64,000 nt of DNA from Takakia lepidozioides (GCA_030704615.1 CM060731.1:58094001-58158000); one strand, 5' to 3'. Shown: positions 25,265 through 40,458, counted from the stretch's first letter. Numbers and translations: made by a program. The notes: a model not told the origin generated them from the sequence alone.

Positions 25265-28200
25265 CCGCCATTCTGGGCCAGAACTGCCCCCCCCAAAGCA
25301 ATGCCTGATGCATCAGTGTGTACATGAAATGGCAGATCCCATCTTGGATTTATTAGAATTGGTGCTGTTGTGAGTGCCCTTTTTAGTGAATCAAATGATT
25401 CTTGGCAAGCTGGAGACCATCGGTATTCGGCATCTTTCTTCAGTAGTCTATAGACTGTGAGCATATTTGGCCATGTACCTTCTGTAATAGCTCGTCTATC
25501 CCAGAAATCTCTTGAGTTTCTTGGGATTTTCTGGTGGTGGTATTTTCTGGATAACATCCACTTTCTTTGGATCCACCAGAATTCCCTATTGGCACACGAT
25601 GTGTCCCACCAATAATCCTGAATTCACACAAAATGTACATTTTTCCGGATTAAGATTTACTCCATTGTTTCTGCAGGCGTGTAGGCAAAGTTTTAACTGT
25701 GCCAAGCGTTTGGATTTCTATCCGAAGACACTGAAATCATCCAAAATTACCTACATAAAATTGTTGAAATAATTCTTGAATATTTCAGATACTGCTCACT
25801 GAAACGTGGCTGGTGCGTTGCAAAGTCTAAATGGCATGACTTTGTAAGCATAGGCTCCCCATTCAGTGATGAATGCGGTTTTTTCTCGGTCTTCTTCTGC
25901 CATCTGCACCTGGTTGTACCCACTGAACCCATCCATGAATGAGTACATCTCATGTCCTGCCACTGTGTCCAACACTCTCTCTGTGAAAGGTAGTGGAAAG
26001 GGGTCTTTCTTGGTTCCTGCGTTTAATTTGCGGTAGTCCACACATACTCGTAATTTTCCATTCTTCTTGGGTATTATCACAATGGGTAATAACCATTGTG
26101 GTGTCTCTACTGGGTATATGAATCTTGCATCCAGTAATTTCTTGATTTCTTCCCAAACTTTAGCTGCATAGTTGGGGTTCATTCTGTAACAATTCTAACG
26201 AATTGGTTTTGTGTCAACTTCCAATTCAATTCGGTGTTGATAGATGTTGGAAGGTATATCCTTCAAATCTTTGTAGTTCCAGGCAAATACATCCTTGTAT
26301 TCAGTGAATAATGCAGTGGCTTCTTGTATAAATGATTCTTCGAGACCTGCACTTACTCGTATTATCTAGGGTTCTTCCATTGTTCCCAGATTCACTTGAA
26401 TCAATTGAGTTTCTTCCGTTATTGTCCATCCTGCAATCTCCTGTCCGCTGGTTGCAATCATGGCAGATACTTCACTGATTTTAATGTCATCTTCTCTTTC
26501 TTGATAAAAACGGGCAGGGTGTTGAGGTGTGTCCATAGCTTCTTCCTCTGGATCTTCCGTTCTCGGAGTATTCGGTTCTCCTTGGGTGTTCACCATGTGA
26601 CATCCTACTGTTGTGGTATGTCTGACCACTAATTGCCCAATAGGTTCCAACTATGGATGTGCTGCATATACCGTGGCTTCTTCTTCATCCGATAGTCCAC
26701 TGGACTAGTCGTACTCTTCCACTATGCAAGGTCCTTTCTCTCGTGGAATGGTACCTCGTTGCTTTGTAGTGATAGTGACTTGTTCTGATCCCTTTTTGAT
26801 CGTGAGGGTTTGACTTCCCCAATCGTGGTGTGATTGGGCTTGTGTTAACCATGGTCGGCCATGGTCGCTGGCAGCTACCGTCCTCTTCTTCGGGTCTAGT
26901 ACTCCCTGCCTCTGTGCTTTGTGATTCAGTAGCGAATATCCTTTTGCTACATCCTCCATTATGAGAATGGTTACCGATACTTCGTATATCAGTTCTGCTA
27001 CTTCCATTGCAAGTCGTCTGATGATACCCAACGGTTGCACTTTTCGTTGATCGGCCATTCGTACCGTGAATGGAGCAGGTTCCATGTGCCCCAATCCTAG
27101 TGACTTCTTCATCCTCTTTGTCATGATATTCACTCCGGATCCTCCATCGATGAGTACATCCGTTACCAGCTTCCGTCCAATACGTACTTGTATTACTTGT
27201 ATTACTTCGTCGTAGTCTGGAGTTTGTTGTATAGTTGTGGGTTTAATCGTGTAAACTTCTGGTGTTGGTTTTTGTTTTGGTGTGGGGGTCAATGCCTCAA
27301 TTGCCCGAAATAAAGTTTTCTTGCAGTGTGGAGCAATTTTTAATAATTGTCCAATGGTAATTTGGGTCTTGGTCTGGCAGATTACTTCAGCCAATTCTAT
27401 TTCCGTGGTTGCGTTCGTGGTCTTTGTCGTTGGTATGATTTGATTATCTGGAGTTGGCTCTCCAGAAGGTATATGGGTTCCTTCTTGCATTTGAGCTATG
27501 GCTTTTCTTACCTCCTGGTGTAAGCTCTTTTCTTCCTGCCATGCTGCACTTTCTGGATATTGTTTTCGTTCTTCTTCAATCTCCTTATCTGGAGGTTTCT
27601 GTTCTTGGCCTGAGTTCGGGTTACCGCAAGGGTATCCACTACAGGATTTACCACACTCACGGCTACACTTGGTCCGGCTTCCATATTTCCCAATTCTGCC
27701 TCATGCTTGATTCGCAACTAGCATTCATGTTTCCAGTGTCTCTCTTTCTTGCAATAGTGACATCTCGTGATTTCCTTGTTTCTGGGTTGATGTTCTCTAT
27801 CCTGTGGTGGATAGTCATCTCGTGGCCTCTGATAACGATTACCCATATTGTATCGTCTTGGTCCATCCGATCCTCCCCGTCGGACTTGGACTTGGTGTAC
27901 CTCCACCTCTCGAGTGTACCCACTCTTCTTGGCCCATTGATTGTACATACAATGGTTGGTATTATGATGTTCATATGACAAATATCATAGTATTTGTCTT
28001 TCATGTGGCATTTTGTTGCCAAGTGTCATGCAGTCCTGCATTTGTGACACCATGTTGCCTTTCGTGGCCCTTCATCTTTAAAATTCTTGATAGCCTCTGC
28101 TATCTTCTGATCCAAAGTGGTTTTGTCAATCACTTCTTTCTTCTTTTGCTTGGGTTTTTCTTCATCATCATAGTCTTCTTCTTCCAAGGAATCCTTGGAA

Positions 28201-29300
28201 TCCTTGGAATCCTTACTTCTGCTCTGATGAAATCCCAATTCCAATTTCTTTGCAGTTCCTACTGCTTCAGCCAAAGTGTTGTTAGGCATGACTATAACCA
28301 TGGTTAAATATTCAGGACGAAGTCCGTTGATGAACCATGATTTTTGCAAGTCGTCACCTGGTGCTTGAGGTAGCTTCCTGATCAGAGTCTTCATTCTCTC
28401 CAGGTAGTCAACTACCAATTCTTTCTTTTTCTGTCTCAGGTTCTGTAATAATGTGAAGATTTCAGACGTGGATTTGTTGGATCTATATCATTCTTGGAAT
28501 ACGGCTCTCATATTCCTCGGATTTTTTCCTGGTCTGTTGCTTCATTGTAAATGGTGCACATGTTCTCAAATTGATTAAGATGGATATCCGGGTCAGATTT
28601 CTCATCATATAAAGGAAACGGCGGTCTGGTTTTGCTTGCTGCTAAAGCCATTGGTGCTGTTGGTACAATTGGTGCTGCTAGTGCAACCGGCTGTCCAAAC
28701 TGGAATGGTCCCGCTGCTGCTGGCTGTGTTGGTGTTGGGATTGTCAAGGCTAGTGGTGTTGTTGGTGTTTGTCTTCCAAACAATGATTCAAAACTAGAAG
28801 GTCCTTGTCCCAAGGATAGCCGTCTTCCAACTGTTGTCCCTACTAAGCTTAATGAATCTTTAAAAGTTTTTAGTGCAGTCCTGGTTATCCTTCCTGGAGA
28901 AGTAGTTTCACTTCTTTCACCTTCTTCACTCAGAATATTCTCAAAATTTTCTTTCAATATTTCAGCAAAACCTCGATTGGGTGAGTCCACGAGGGGTGGT
29001 GGTAGCTTAGTGGGTCTTAGTGGGGATGGCATAGCACCATGGGGCGAAGACCTTGTGGTGGGAGTCGTGGGGAGTCTTCGGACTCATCACGGTCGTGGTG
29101 GGTGGGCCAAGACTCACTGCGACTCATCACTAGGAATCGAGGGTCTTTGTGGTGGTTCGCCATAAAATGATGGGTTGTTTGTGAAACCCCCACGGACAGT
29201 CACAGAAGTATATATAGGGAGTAGTAACCCCGAGAACGGTATAAGCCCGTTGGTAACCAAAAACTAGTGAGTAAGCGTGCGAGCCGGGAAGCGACCAAGG
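25265..29300 (-). mobile_element. Degenerate Ty3/Gypsy retrotransposon (gag, protease, RT, start of RNase H; integrase missing)
   Basis: Gag PDIHLNQF with zinc knuckles (CHYCKKERHWKHEC), protease VLIDGGSGVN, RT CVDYRKLN..FMDGFSGYNQ..MPFRLCNAPATFQ, RNase H FHVHTDAS; many stops and frameshifts. Confidence 0.9.
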
Positions 29301-29489
29301 TGTGGGGAGCTGTTCCAGACTGCCAACAACCAAAGGGAATTTCCACTAGGCCCAAAGTGAGCGAAGGTCTTGTGGAGGACCAAAGGGGGAACGTTATGTC
29401 CCGGTGAGCAGCCGAAGCTCCGAGTTGGCCCGACGGCCAATTTGGGAGTTAGGCGCGCGCATCAAAGCAAGTAACTATGACTTGAAGGG

Positions 29490-29576
29490 GAGCTTACCGA
29501 AGTGAGGTGCGCGACACCATGTCAAGAAGGATTGCCCAGAGAATGGCAAAGGGTTAGCCCAGGCACAGCCTGCACA
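29490..29576 (+). mobile_element. Orphan gag zinc-knuckle piece of the DNMT-Gypsy element, separated by the CACTA insertion
   Basis: Reads *GARHHVKKDCPENGKGLAQAQPA and joins 56998 in frame after removal of one ACA. Confidence 0.75.
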
Positions 29577-30527
29577 CAATATAGGAAAAGGGGGGGCCTT
29601 TGCAACGCCGCGGCGTCGGGAAAACGCCCATTTCGGGCACGGGGCATGCGCCGTATTTGCGACGCCCGGCAGTCGCATGGGTGTCACAAAAATGCAACAT
29701 ATGGGGGTCGCGAGCCCCCCGCCCCAACTCCCACGACTGCCGGACATCGCTTTTCGGGCCGTCCACGCCGATGGCAGGGGCCTCCTGCGAGCGACGTCTT
29801 GCCGTCGCTGCCCTCCAGCCGACGGCATTGGTGGGGGCGACGGCACGGCGTCTCATCCCCTTTTTTCTCTAACCTACCCAGGAGTCCCATCCTAAAACCC
29901 AAAAACACGTGGCGTAAGCCGGGTGATACGCCAAGCGACTATTGGGCGTGGCAAAAAAAAAAATGGCAGGAGCAGGAGTCGGGCTCCGCGACGCCCGGGC
30001 GTGGGTTCCCGCGACGCTCTGGCGTCGCTTTCTTTATATTCAATCAAAAAATTAAAACACATGGCGCATGCAGGGTGGTGGGCTCCGCGACGCCAAGGCG
30101 TCGCGGTTTGCGACCCCCGGACCAAAAAAACACGTCACAGGGGGTGTCGGGCGTTGCTACCTGCAAAGGGATTTGTGACGCCCGGCCGTCACGGCTTGCC
30201 ACCCCCGCCCAAAAAACACGTCGCCAATTCCAACGTCCTACAGTCGCGATGCCAGCCTGGTGGGAGGGGGGGAGGGGGTTGATTTTGGGGGTGAATTGGG
30301 GGTGGTTTTTGTTTTTGCCTGGTTTTGTTTTGGGGGATGGGAGACCTTACAGCTTCCATTTCTCTGATTTAGCAGGTACACAATTGAGCAAGCATGAATC
30401 GAGGGTGAGGATGGTGCGACACATGAATAAGATGGAAGATGGAAATATGGAAATATATTAACAAGAAATGAGCTGAAAAGCTCACAAGGGTTCAGTAGGC
30501 TGACCCTGGGACCTACATGGACTAGGA

Positions 30528-32705
30528 CTAGTCATCCTCATCCTCATCCTCAGTGGAGGATTCAGAGCTATCTGATGAGCCTGATGACTCCGCGCCCTTT
30601 GCCAGAGCACCTACAGGAGGTGGCGTTCCCCTAAGTCCCACAGAGCTCTCATCCAATCCCTGGCCATGACCCCCAACCTCATCCATACTAGTGCCCTGTA
30701 GTGCACTCATCCCCTCCATATTGGCCATGTTCTTCGTGAGGGATTGCCAACCATGCTCCTTGGCGTAGTTGTATTCTACCGGAGATGGCTTCCTCTCAAA
30801 CGCGCGTTGCTACATATGCCACAAATTAAAGTCAGTCCTTCACGATGATGGAGCCAGAAAAAAGACATAACAAAATACATAGGGAAGTACGACTTACTAA
30901 TCGCAAGATAAAACCCTTTGATCCGCCGGCACCCCACTTGTGTGTGGATTCGTGCTTGTCAAGGCGGACTGTTGTTGCTTCGCGTGCCCGCTCAAATTTG
31001 GCCTTGTTTGCCGCATCATTCTCTCCCGCAATAAGTGCATCCCACGATACCTATGCACACCCCTCCCCCCCCCCAACAATTAGTGAATTACACACATATG
31101 TTGCATCAAATCCACCTCATTAATGCACATGCGACAAATGGAAGGTGAAATGATTCAAGATTTGCCAACTTGTGTAATTCCATAAGGTGGTTTGGGTATG
31201 GCCCCCTTTTCCATTGCCCTCCGAATGATCTGTCTGGCACGGTACCTCTTGTCCTTCAAGTTTCGCCCCACCATCTCCATCACCCTTGTGTCACTCCAAT
31301 TGCCCGGAAACCAACGGTCTAACTCACGGGCATACGCTCGCTTTGCGCCAAAGTGCTGATCAGCCCATTCAATATGCAAAGGGAACCACCTCATTGCGAG
31401 TTCGAAGGCTGGCTTCTTCATAGCCTCCCAGAACGCACCGCAGGGGTCACCATGGCGATTCACCTCCACCGGTGGCACCACGATCTTTGCCAACTCCACG
31501 TCCTCTATTGCCAAGGCCATGTTCTTCTTCCCACCCTCTCCCTTCTTTGTAGCCTCCTTCCCTTGCTCCTTTGTTACCCCACTGCCCTCTGCCGCATGCA
31601 TACTCACCCCTTCCTCTCCATGGGACTTCTTCTTCTTCTTCTTCTTCTTTTTCTTCCCCTTCCCTGCTACTTCCTCTCTCTCCTTCTCCCTCTCCATTCT
31701 CTCTCTCTCATCGGCAGCCCCTTCATTGATGGTAAAAGGGATCTCGGGAGGTCGAATGAGGCCAGCCATGTTGCTGCCTCCTGAAGACAAATAACCCCCC
31801 CAAATTCAAAAAAAGAAACAAACAACAAAGAAAATCATGCATGCAAATGAAGGGACAAAACATGGAACAAGGTGCAACAGTTGTACCTTTGCAAGCTTGT
31901 CCAACTCGCCCCCGGTGTCACCCGATGTGGCAGGAGTCCCCGTTGCCGGATGTGCCCGCGATATCCCCTCCCAGAGCGCCACTGGAAGTAGATTCCAGAT
32001 GTGGAGCATAGCCGGTGGCGGCGCCCCGTACTCCAGGCCCTTCTTTGCTGACCGCTCAGGCTCAGGGGGCGGCATTGCTGTTCGGCTAGGCTGCTCCAAA
32101 CCGGCCCATACCTCCTCCCCCCCCCCCTCCCAAAAAAAAAAATGCGTAGCAGGGTAGAAGCCCTCACCCAGCTTGACTACTTCGAGGCGCTTCGCTATCT
32201 CGGCCACTTCATTGGCCCTCCTTGTCTCCTCCTCCCTCATCGACAACATTGGGCTAGCAACGACCACTTTCAAAGGGCCTTGAACCTAATGTTGGGCCTT
32301 GGCAAGTGCAGCCTTCGTTGCGGAGTAAGGGGTCGCTATGTGGGTGACATCCAAAAGTTGCCCATACCGCGCCCCCGAACGGGTGATGTGCTTGCCAAGG
32401 TACATTTCACCCGTCTTGGTGGCCGGGGTGGTGCTCAACTGAGCATCCGGCTCAGCAACAACCTCCCGAATAGGAGAGCTGGTTGAGCCGGCCCCTGGCG
32501 CATCCAAGATGGGGACAAGAGGGGGGTTACTGGCCTCGGGGGGAAGATGAGCCCTCCGGCTGCGGCTATCGACGGGGCTGGTAAACCGTGAGACGCCCTG
32601 GCGCGTCACACGTGCCGGCAGAACAAACAGATTGTCCGCCCCTTTCTTTGGGGCAAGGGACTTCTTCTCTTTCCCCATAAGTTGGCACCCGTCATGCAAA
32701 CCCAC
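30528..32705 (-). pseudogene. Spliced CACTA accessory ORF (TnpA/ORF2-like, family not recognised), outer copy
   Basis: Lys/Glu-rich segments, WFPLHIEWADQHFG and an acidic C-terminus; inverted homolog at 44230-46486. Confidence 0.55.
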
Positions 32706-35700
32706 AAGTTGGCCTCATTAGGAAACAACATCTACATTCCAGATCAAAAACAAAAAAAAACCAAGCATGTCGGGGGCTGAGAGCAGCAAGTGCTTGGGGT
32801 CTCGAGAGGGGGCAACAAAGAGTCTAAAAGAAAAATGTGGGAGGGGGGGGACTGAGCAGCAGCAGCAGCTGTTGAGCACCACGGGCTCAGTCAACCCCCC
32901 CCCCCCCCCCACCTTTTTTTTTTTTTGGTTTCCTAATCTCTCCCTCTCACTCCCTCTCACTATCCCTCTCTCTCCCTCTCTCTCCCTTTGGAAACTGGGT
33001 TTATGGAATTGTTGTCCTAACTTCCATCCTTGAAAATTTTGAAAAATTGGGTTGCAGGGAATTTAGATGTTTTTCATCCAGAATACATCCATTTTTCCCT
33101 AGTGAGACATTTCTTCATTAATACCTGTGAGGTTTTGCTTCATCCGGACATCAACCCGGAATATACTGATTGCAAAACTCCCGTCATTATTATTTTTTCA
33201 ATCCAACCTGGATGAAAAAAGGACTTCATCTAGCAAGACCTAAATACGGGACAAGACAGGTATAAATGAATAAAAAAACCCCGATGTTTTTCATCTAACC
33301 TAGATGAAAAACGGACTGCATCCGTCGAATTCAAGACAGGATGAACACACGATGTTTTTCATCTTCCATGAATGAGAAACAGACAACGTCCGTCGGGCGT
33401 ATGGGCTGGCGGATGTTTTTCATCCTAAGAAGGATGAATGACGAGCTGGACAGGGTAAAGCCCTGCGCAACCCTAATGTCTTTTTTTTTGCGCTGCGAGA
33501 GTGCGCGCGATGGCGGCTTGGAGGTGGCGATGGTGCTCGTGCTGCAGATACCATGAGCTGCCAATCCCTGGAGTGTTTAAGGCTCTTGTGAGCGCCGCCT
33601 CAGCGGGCTCTTTAAGGCGATGGCGGTGGCTTAGAGATGAGGGAAGATTCACTGTCTCATCTGTCTGTGTTTTTGCTGCACAAGGGAACCACGGCAGTGA
33701 TGGCGGAGGTACCACCTGCCTGCTTGTGAAGTTTCCCTAGGAGCCCTCCTCTGGATCTTTGATGAATGGCGGCGTCTTGGTAGAACAAGGAAGTCTCTCT
33801 CTCCCTCCCTTTATAAACCCTACCTTATGAGACAAAGCTCTTTTTTCTTGTGCTTGGCAAGACTTTGCTTTGGTTAAGGTAGCAGTGTTGTGGTATTGGC
33901 GGAGACCTCCCTGCACGGTTGGGCTTGTGGAGAGATGGTGACCATCCCCCAAACAGTAAAAAAGGTTTTTTTCTGTTTGTCTTGCTTCCCTACTTTCTTT
34001 GGCATTCTCTGCGCTTAGATTCAAGTATATTTGACCTCGATAGCAAGTGTGGAAGCCTGCTACTCACCTCATGCATCCTCACTAACTCACAATGCGTTGT
34101 GGTTGAGGGCTTCCACTTAATATGCTAAGGTCTAGGTGCTGCTGGATGTCAAGTGGGTTGCAGAGCTGGGGAAGGAATCGCTCGCCATGGACTCATCTTA
34201 AAATGTTGAAAAACTAAACTACTCTATGGTTTTTCTTGATCCTACCTCTTTCCTTCCTTTATTTATGAAGAACAAGTGTAATGCTTTCTAAGGTGGGCTA
34301 TTTCGGCCCAGCCAGTGGAAGACCTCTGCTTTGTTGTGACAGTCGGGGGTTTATGATGGCTTGTGTGAGAGGCACATCTGTTTTCCAGGCCCTAGTTTCC
34401 TTTGCTTACCTTATGGTAGTTGGAAACAAAATGAGAGGCTGCAAGGAACTGTTTGCTGCAACTACTCGGGTACCCATGATGGTAAAATGCCCCTATTATG
34501 TTCTAAGCCGTATGGCCTTATTAGCCAGATGCTTAGGCCAGGGTATGATGAAGAATCCGTTTGTGGCCATTCACCTGACACTGAAATATGTCAGCAATAT
34601 ATGTGGTGACCGGATTTTTGAGGCAGCCAGGGTGGTTAAGAGGAAATACCCCCTGGATATGGTAGAATGACATGGTCAAACGTGGAATGATGTGAATAGG
34701 GTGTGTTGACAGTGTCATATACTGTCACAAGATGTGTATGCAGTCTTTTATTTTTGCCTTGTTGTGTCATGAGATTTGATGTTCAGCTGTAGCAAGAAAT
34801 AATGGTATAGGGGTATTCTGGAAAATTCACTAGACATATCCCCCTCCCATGTGGGGGCAAGCTGTGCTACAGACCAGTTTAAACAAATACTGGCAGGGCA
34901 AGGTATTTAGATCTGCAAGTTTTCTTTTTTCTTTTGTAAAAAAAACCCTCCATGACACCCATGGGGTTTGAGTAAGTAGGCTTGGATTACAGCTTGCGGA
35001 CACCAGTCAATCTGGATTGTAAATCTGTATGACCATTTGACCTGCACCACATCAAGGCCAAAATATGGCCAAGTACCCGCCATCCCACCCAGACCTCTGA
35101 ATGTGTATCATGATCATGACTGGTGGTCAATCAACATCAGTGAAATACTCTTTGGGTTATGAATATTACTGACACGAACACATTACTGTGCATGGATGTA
35201 ATTCTGGATTTTCTAGGCTTGATGATTGATGGATGGTGCCACTGTTAAGTGGCTGATATGTCTGATTATTCTTCATATTCATGACAACAACCCTAGGGGT
35301 CATGTCTTTGTCTTGACATGACAAAAAGTATCTTCCCTCTCTTTTTTGCTGTTCACAAAAATAAACAAACCACAAGGAGAGAAGGTGCAGAAAAAGTTAA
35401 AAAGAGAGAGGGAGAGGGAGAGGGAGAGAGACAAAAGAGATGGAGAGAGTGGGTATTCATGTTATGTCAAGACATGAACAAGACCCATCAGGGTCATTGT
35501 CAATTAAAGACATAAGCAGCCCATGACAGGGCACCATCTAACACTTCCAGTCTTGTCATAGCAGACCAAGTGACAACACCCATTCGATCATGATAAAACA
35601 GGGTGGGAGGGCGGGGTTTATTCATGTTCAAATTCCTATAAGTAACCCAAGACATGCACCACGCAAGGCTCCTTTGGTAAGTAAGAACAGCCTGCCCTGC

Positions 35701-36875
35701 TACAGATTCAGGGTTGTTCATACAAGCACCTTGAAGGACCAGCCTGCAATTTACCAGATTTCCAACATGCAACCAAGTAAACTTCTTGGGCATGACAAAA
35801 CATATTGCAGCTTCACTCTTTGCTTTTTGTAAGTACCCCAAGACATGCATCATGCAAGGCTCCTTGGGTAGGTAAGAACAACCTGTCCTACTACAGACTC
35901 AGGATAGGTTCATACAACACTACAGCAAATGGGGGGGTTTGCGACGCCAGCCGCGCCCCCACACCCCGCGCGGCGTCGAGCGTGCGACGCCAACCCGCGG
36001 AGCGTGTTTGCGACACCGGGCTGTCGCAGCCAAACCCCACAGGAGTGAAACCTGGCGCCAGGGCCAGGCGGCGACGCCGGGCTGTCGCACGGAGTGATGA
36101 AGGGAAAATGGCAGCCCTTCTGTGCGACGCCCACGCGTCGCCCCCAGCGAAGGGCAGAAGGCAGCCCTTTCTGGCAATGGCCGGTCGTCGCACACCGGAA
36201 AAAAAAAAACCATTTCTTGCCTTTTCTTTCTTTGCAGCCCTTTCTTGCGATGCCCGGCCGTCGCATGGTGGCATGAAGGGCAAAAGGCCCCTGCGACGGC
36301 CGGGCGTCGCAAATTGCCCGGCTGCCCTATTCTTTCAAAACAAAAAAAACATGTCACAGTTTGCGACGGCTGGCCGTCGCCGTTTGCAACCCCTGGCCTC
36401 ATAAATCCATTCAAAAAATAGGTCGCAGTTGACGACGGTTGGCCGTCGCCGTTTGCGACCCCCGGCCTCATAAATCCAAGAAAACGCGTCGCAGTTTGCG
36501 ACGCATGGGGGTCGCAGGCGGCGACGACAGGGCTTTCTAGGTTTAGGGTTAGGGCCTTTGGGGGTTCTTAGTTTTTTTTTTTTTCACATGGTACTGGGGT
36601 AGGGTGTTTGTTTTTCTTTATGGTTTAGCTTGTTGTTGTGGACCTTCTTGTAGATTGTGACATTCATTTTGATAATTCTCTTGATACCACATCTGTATGT
36701 GTTGCTCCAACATATTCATTGCCTCTGCCTTCTTTCTTGAAAGACTACCAGCCACAGCCATATTTGATGAATCGTAGAAATAAAGTACAATATGCATGTA
36801 CATGTACATGTACAATCAATCGAAGGGATGGGTCCAGTTCGGTGCGAGAATTGTTATGTAGCTTTGATTTTGTGT

Positions 36876-39258
36876 CTAATCAACTTGAACATCATCATCC
36901 AGAGCCTCTTCATCCTCATTAAGCCGCAAGTCTTCTTCGTCATCGGAGTCGTCGTCATAAATGGCCCGGCTCTCAAAAGGCACCTCCGAATCATCCTCCA
37001 CCTCGTTGTCAGTGGCCGTGTCTTCGTCTCTTTCTCCAACATCCGTATCTTCTAGAGCTTCATCATATAGGGTCCAGGATGCATTGTCCGGGGCGTCATC
37101 ATCCTCTTCTACCCCCTCTACCCAACCTCCATCATCAGCATCATTTTGACCAGTCTCTCCGTCCACCGCAATTGTCTCACCCCATGGAGATCCGAGACCA
37201 TGATAGATACGTCTTCCTCTTGGCTGAGCATGCACAACCACCTTCCAATTCCCCTCTCTTGTTTTGTCATCGGAGAAGAAAACTTGCTCCATGTCTGAAG
37301 GCCGTGAAAAAGGCTCATCGGAGGGACAATGAGTAGGGTTGAGCCTATCTGCATTGACGCGCATGAAACCACAATCATCTTGCACTAGTGTTGCGGAGGG
37401 CTCCACAAGATGTGGCTGGAACCACCTTCCCTTGAAGAGAAGAGGCCGGTAACTTGTATACTGAAGTTGGAGTATGCTCTCAAGCTTTCCAATGTACTCA
37501 AGTTTACTCATAGCAGGTCGTGTATCTCCCTTGCCCCACATGGAGTCTTGCCAATATGTGGCACACAAGCCAGAATCAAAGGTTGTTTTGCGCTTCATGT
37601 CAAGAGCACGAATGCAGAAATGACGACCGTGAACCCAAACCGCCGTGTATGAGGTCGCGAATTGAGAGGGGCCCCTTGCAATGTCTTGCACCAAATCTGA
37701 AACCACCTCTCCTTGAGCAATGGCGTCATAAACTGAAGTCCGAAGCCACTGTTGGAATGAACTTAGAGGCTGCAATTCCATGGGCAAATTTTGTGAAGGA
37801 ACATTCCGGCGGCCCGCTCCTCGTCGTGGGCGTCTAGTAACCGGCCTTGGATGGTTCCGCCTCCATGCAAGCGTCTCCACCTCTCGTTGCTGAACAAGAT
37901 TATTGTATATTGCCTCCCACTCATGTATGGATGGGGTGTTCTTCAGTATCAATCACCAAGGTCGGCAATTTTACCCTCTTCGATTTTTTGGGCAAAACGA
38001 TGTCCTTGGTTCGTGCATCCTCCTCTTCCTTCCACATCCGAGGGGATTCCTCATCCACCCTTGCCATGTATTCCGTGCAATAGAACATAGCTTCTTGCAA
38101 CGTATACCCCTCCGCCATGCTACCCTCCGGGTGCGCCATTTGTCTTACAAATCCTTTCAAAGTCTTCATATAATGCTCAAGGAAGTACATCCACCGAAAA
38201 TGAACGGGGCCGGCTATCGAAGCCTCTTCCACTAAGTGCACTACCATCTACCGTCTCCCCCAATACTCGAACTCCACATTTTCTCGGATGGGGGTGGGAG
38301 GGTCGAGATGATTCCCCCAACAACGAGGTTGGACGGTCCTCAGTAACATAGTCCTATGCGCTTCCCATCGGGGGCGAGGATCCGGCTTAGGCCGCCCAAG
38401 CCGAAGGGGAGGAAACCTAGGGCGAAGCCGACCCCTCCTAGGGGTTCGGGGGGCACATGCACGTAGAGGTGGAGGTGGAGGTGATACTGTGGTGGAGGAG
38501 ATGAAAGTGGAGGTGGTTGAGGATGTAATGTCGGAGGTGCAGCCGGGGGTACAACGTCCGGATCAGGCAAAGAAACAGACGGGGGGGGGGGGGGGGGGGG
38601 CTGCTCGTTGCCGGCCATAACGCCTACGACACCTACGATACCCCTCGACCCTACGCATCTCATCTACGTGCTGCTGGGGGAACCAACTGGTCACATCGGG
38701 CACATGCTCTGGCACAAATTCTGCAAGTAGACCGACGTAAAATGCCTCATGTGCAATGTGATTACGAGCTTGGGCATCAAGTCGTGGCTGCATTGTCCGT
38801 AGTGAACGACGCATCAATACTTATGTCGTAATTTTGATTCATGTATGCTTACCAATCATACTATATTATTAGATAAACCTAAATGTACCTTGAATGAATG
38901 TTAATGAGAGGGGTGGGAAAAACACTCACCTTTGCCGCATCCGCAATCTTGTTCTTCTTGTAATGTTTTTCGACAACATGCGGTCGCCACCTCGGTGGTC
39001 TGGTGCCGCCCGGCGGTATCCGTTCCCAACACTTAGTGCACCAACACTCAATCCTGTCGGGGGGGTCGACGTGGTTGGACGGGGTGGCCCGCAAGGGGGT
39101 AACCCGCGGCGCGCCCGACTCGATCCCGGAGTGTCAACATCCTCCGCATCACCTGAAAATTGGCCCCGGTCCCTTCTACGATTGTGCCCGGCAGCCTGTA
39201 TTGGATCAAGTGCAATGGGTGCCTCCTCGCCACGAAAAAATGGTCGCTCTAGGGCCAC
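36876..39258 (-). pseudogene. CACTA transposase remnant (N-terminal CWCTKC segment, DUF4218/DUF4216-like region; catalytic core deleted)
   Basis: EEASIAGPVHFRWMYFLEHYMKTLKGFVRQMAHPEGSMAEGY, DSGLCA, YIGKLESI, LFKGRWF, DEPF..MEQVFF, acidic tail. Confidence 0.88.
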
Positions 39259-40458
39259 AATCGATATGTGGTACTACCTCCCCATCCTCGAGGGAGACGA
39301 GTCGATGTTTCCTCACCATCCCATCCTAATTAACACACACCACCAACACTTTCATTTCTAAAAAACCGTTGGCAAAAAAAACCCTATGCCTCAGCCTCGG
39401 GGCTTTCAAAATTGGTAACCAAAGGCGGAGCATCCCTATGGTGCTAGAGCCCAAGACAATAAATCCTTCCTCTCGTTCTATCTTCAGGATGCTCACACTA
39501 TGGAAAAATTTGTTGAGACCCAGCGCTTTGCGAATGTCAGATTGAACCACATTTTGGGTATGTGAATCCTAATTACACCGTTTATCCTTTTAACCCCAAG
39601 ACCCACAACCAAAACCGCCAATCCAAAACCCAGCACCATAAAGAAAAGCAAACACCCTAACCCAATACCATATGAAAAAATAAATAAAAAACTAAGAAAC
39701 TAAGAAACCCAAAAGGCCCTAAACCCTAAATCCAGAAAGGCCGGCCGTCGCCTCCTGCGACACCCTGGCGTCGCATTGGACGACGCATTTTTTTTTGTTT
39801 TTTACCTGGGGGTCGCACCCCACGACGGACAGTCGTCGCGGGGGGCGACGTGTTTTTTTATATTTATGGCCAGGGGTCACAAGAAACGACGGCCAGCCGT
39901 CGCAAACTTCACTTTTACATTTTGTTTTTAAAGCGGGCGCAGGCGTGCGACAGCCGGGCGTCGCACGTGGGCGCCGCGCCTTTTTTTTTCCCTAAGTGCT
40001 TGAAGCATCTCTTTCCCCTCCCTTTTTCGTTTGTTCTTTGGGAGAGAGGTAGTTCAGAGAGTGGGGTTTAAGGTGGAGGAGAAACGCACCTGCTGCTGAG
40101 CCCGAGGTGGTCGCAAGGCCCCAAGGAGTTTGCCCCAACGCCGCTCCAACGCCCAAGGTAAGCACAGCCTCCTCCCTCACTTTCTGTCTTTTTTTCTTGC
40201 CCTAAGCACGGGCTGATGTCTCTCTCCCCTGTGTGGTAGGAACGTCGTGCAGAGGCGCGACCTAACGAGCTGAAGAGAGAGAGAGCCGTGGTGAGCGGGG
40301 GAGAGATGTCCTGCACTTGCAGGCTGTCATAAAGCTTCTCCATAGCCATCAGATTCACAAGATTTGTGCTTAAATGATCCCTCTGACACCATCTCTCAGC
40401 TCCATCAGAATCAAAACGCACGAGTATCGTGCAAAGTTTAAGGGCGGAGGAAGAGATA

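Noticed and set aside
29502-30461. 319-aa and other Arg/Pro-rich ORFs here and at 35805-36471 and 56435-57161
   Set aside because: Stop-poor GC-rich subterminal repeats; no protein motifs.
36538-36556. Interstitial telomere array
   Set aside because: Only about two TTTAGGG-like units, embedded in CACTA subterminal sequence.
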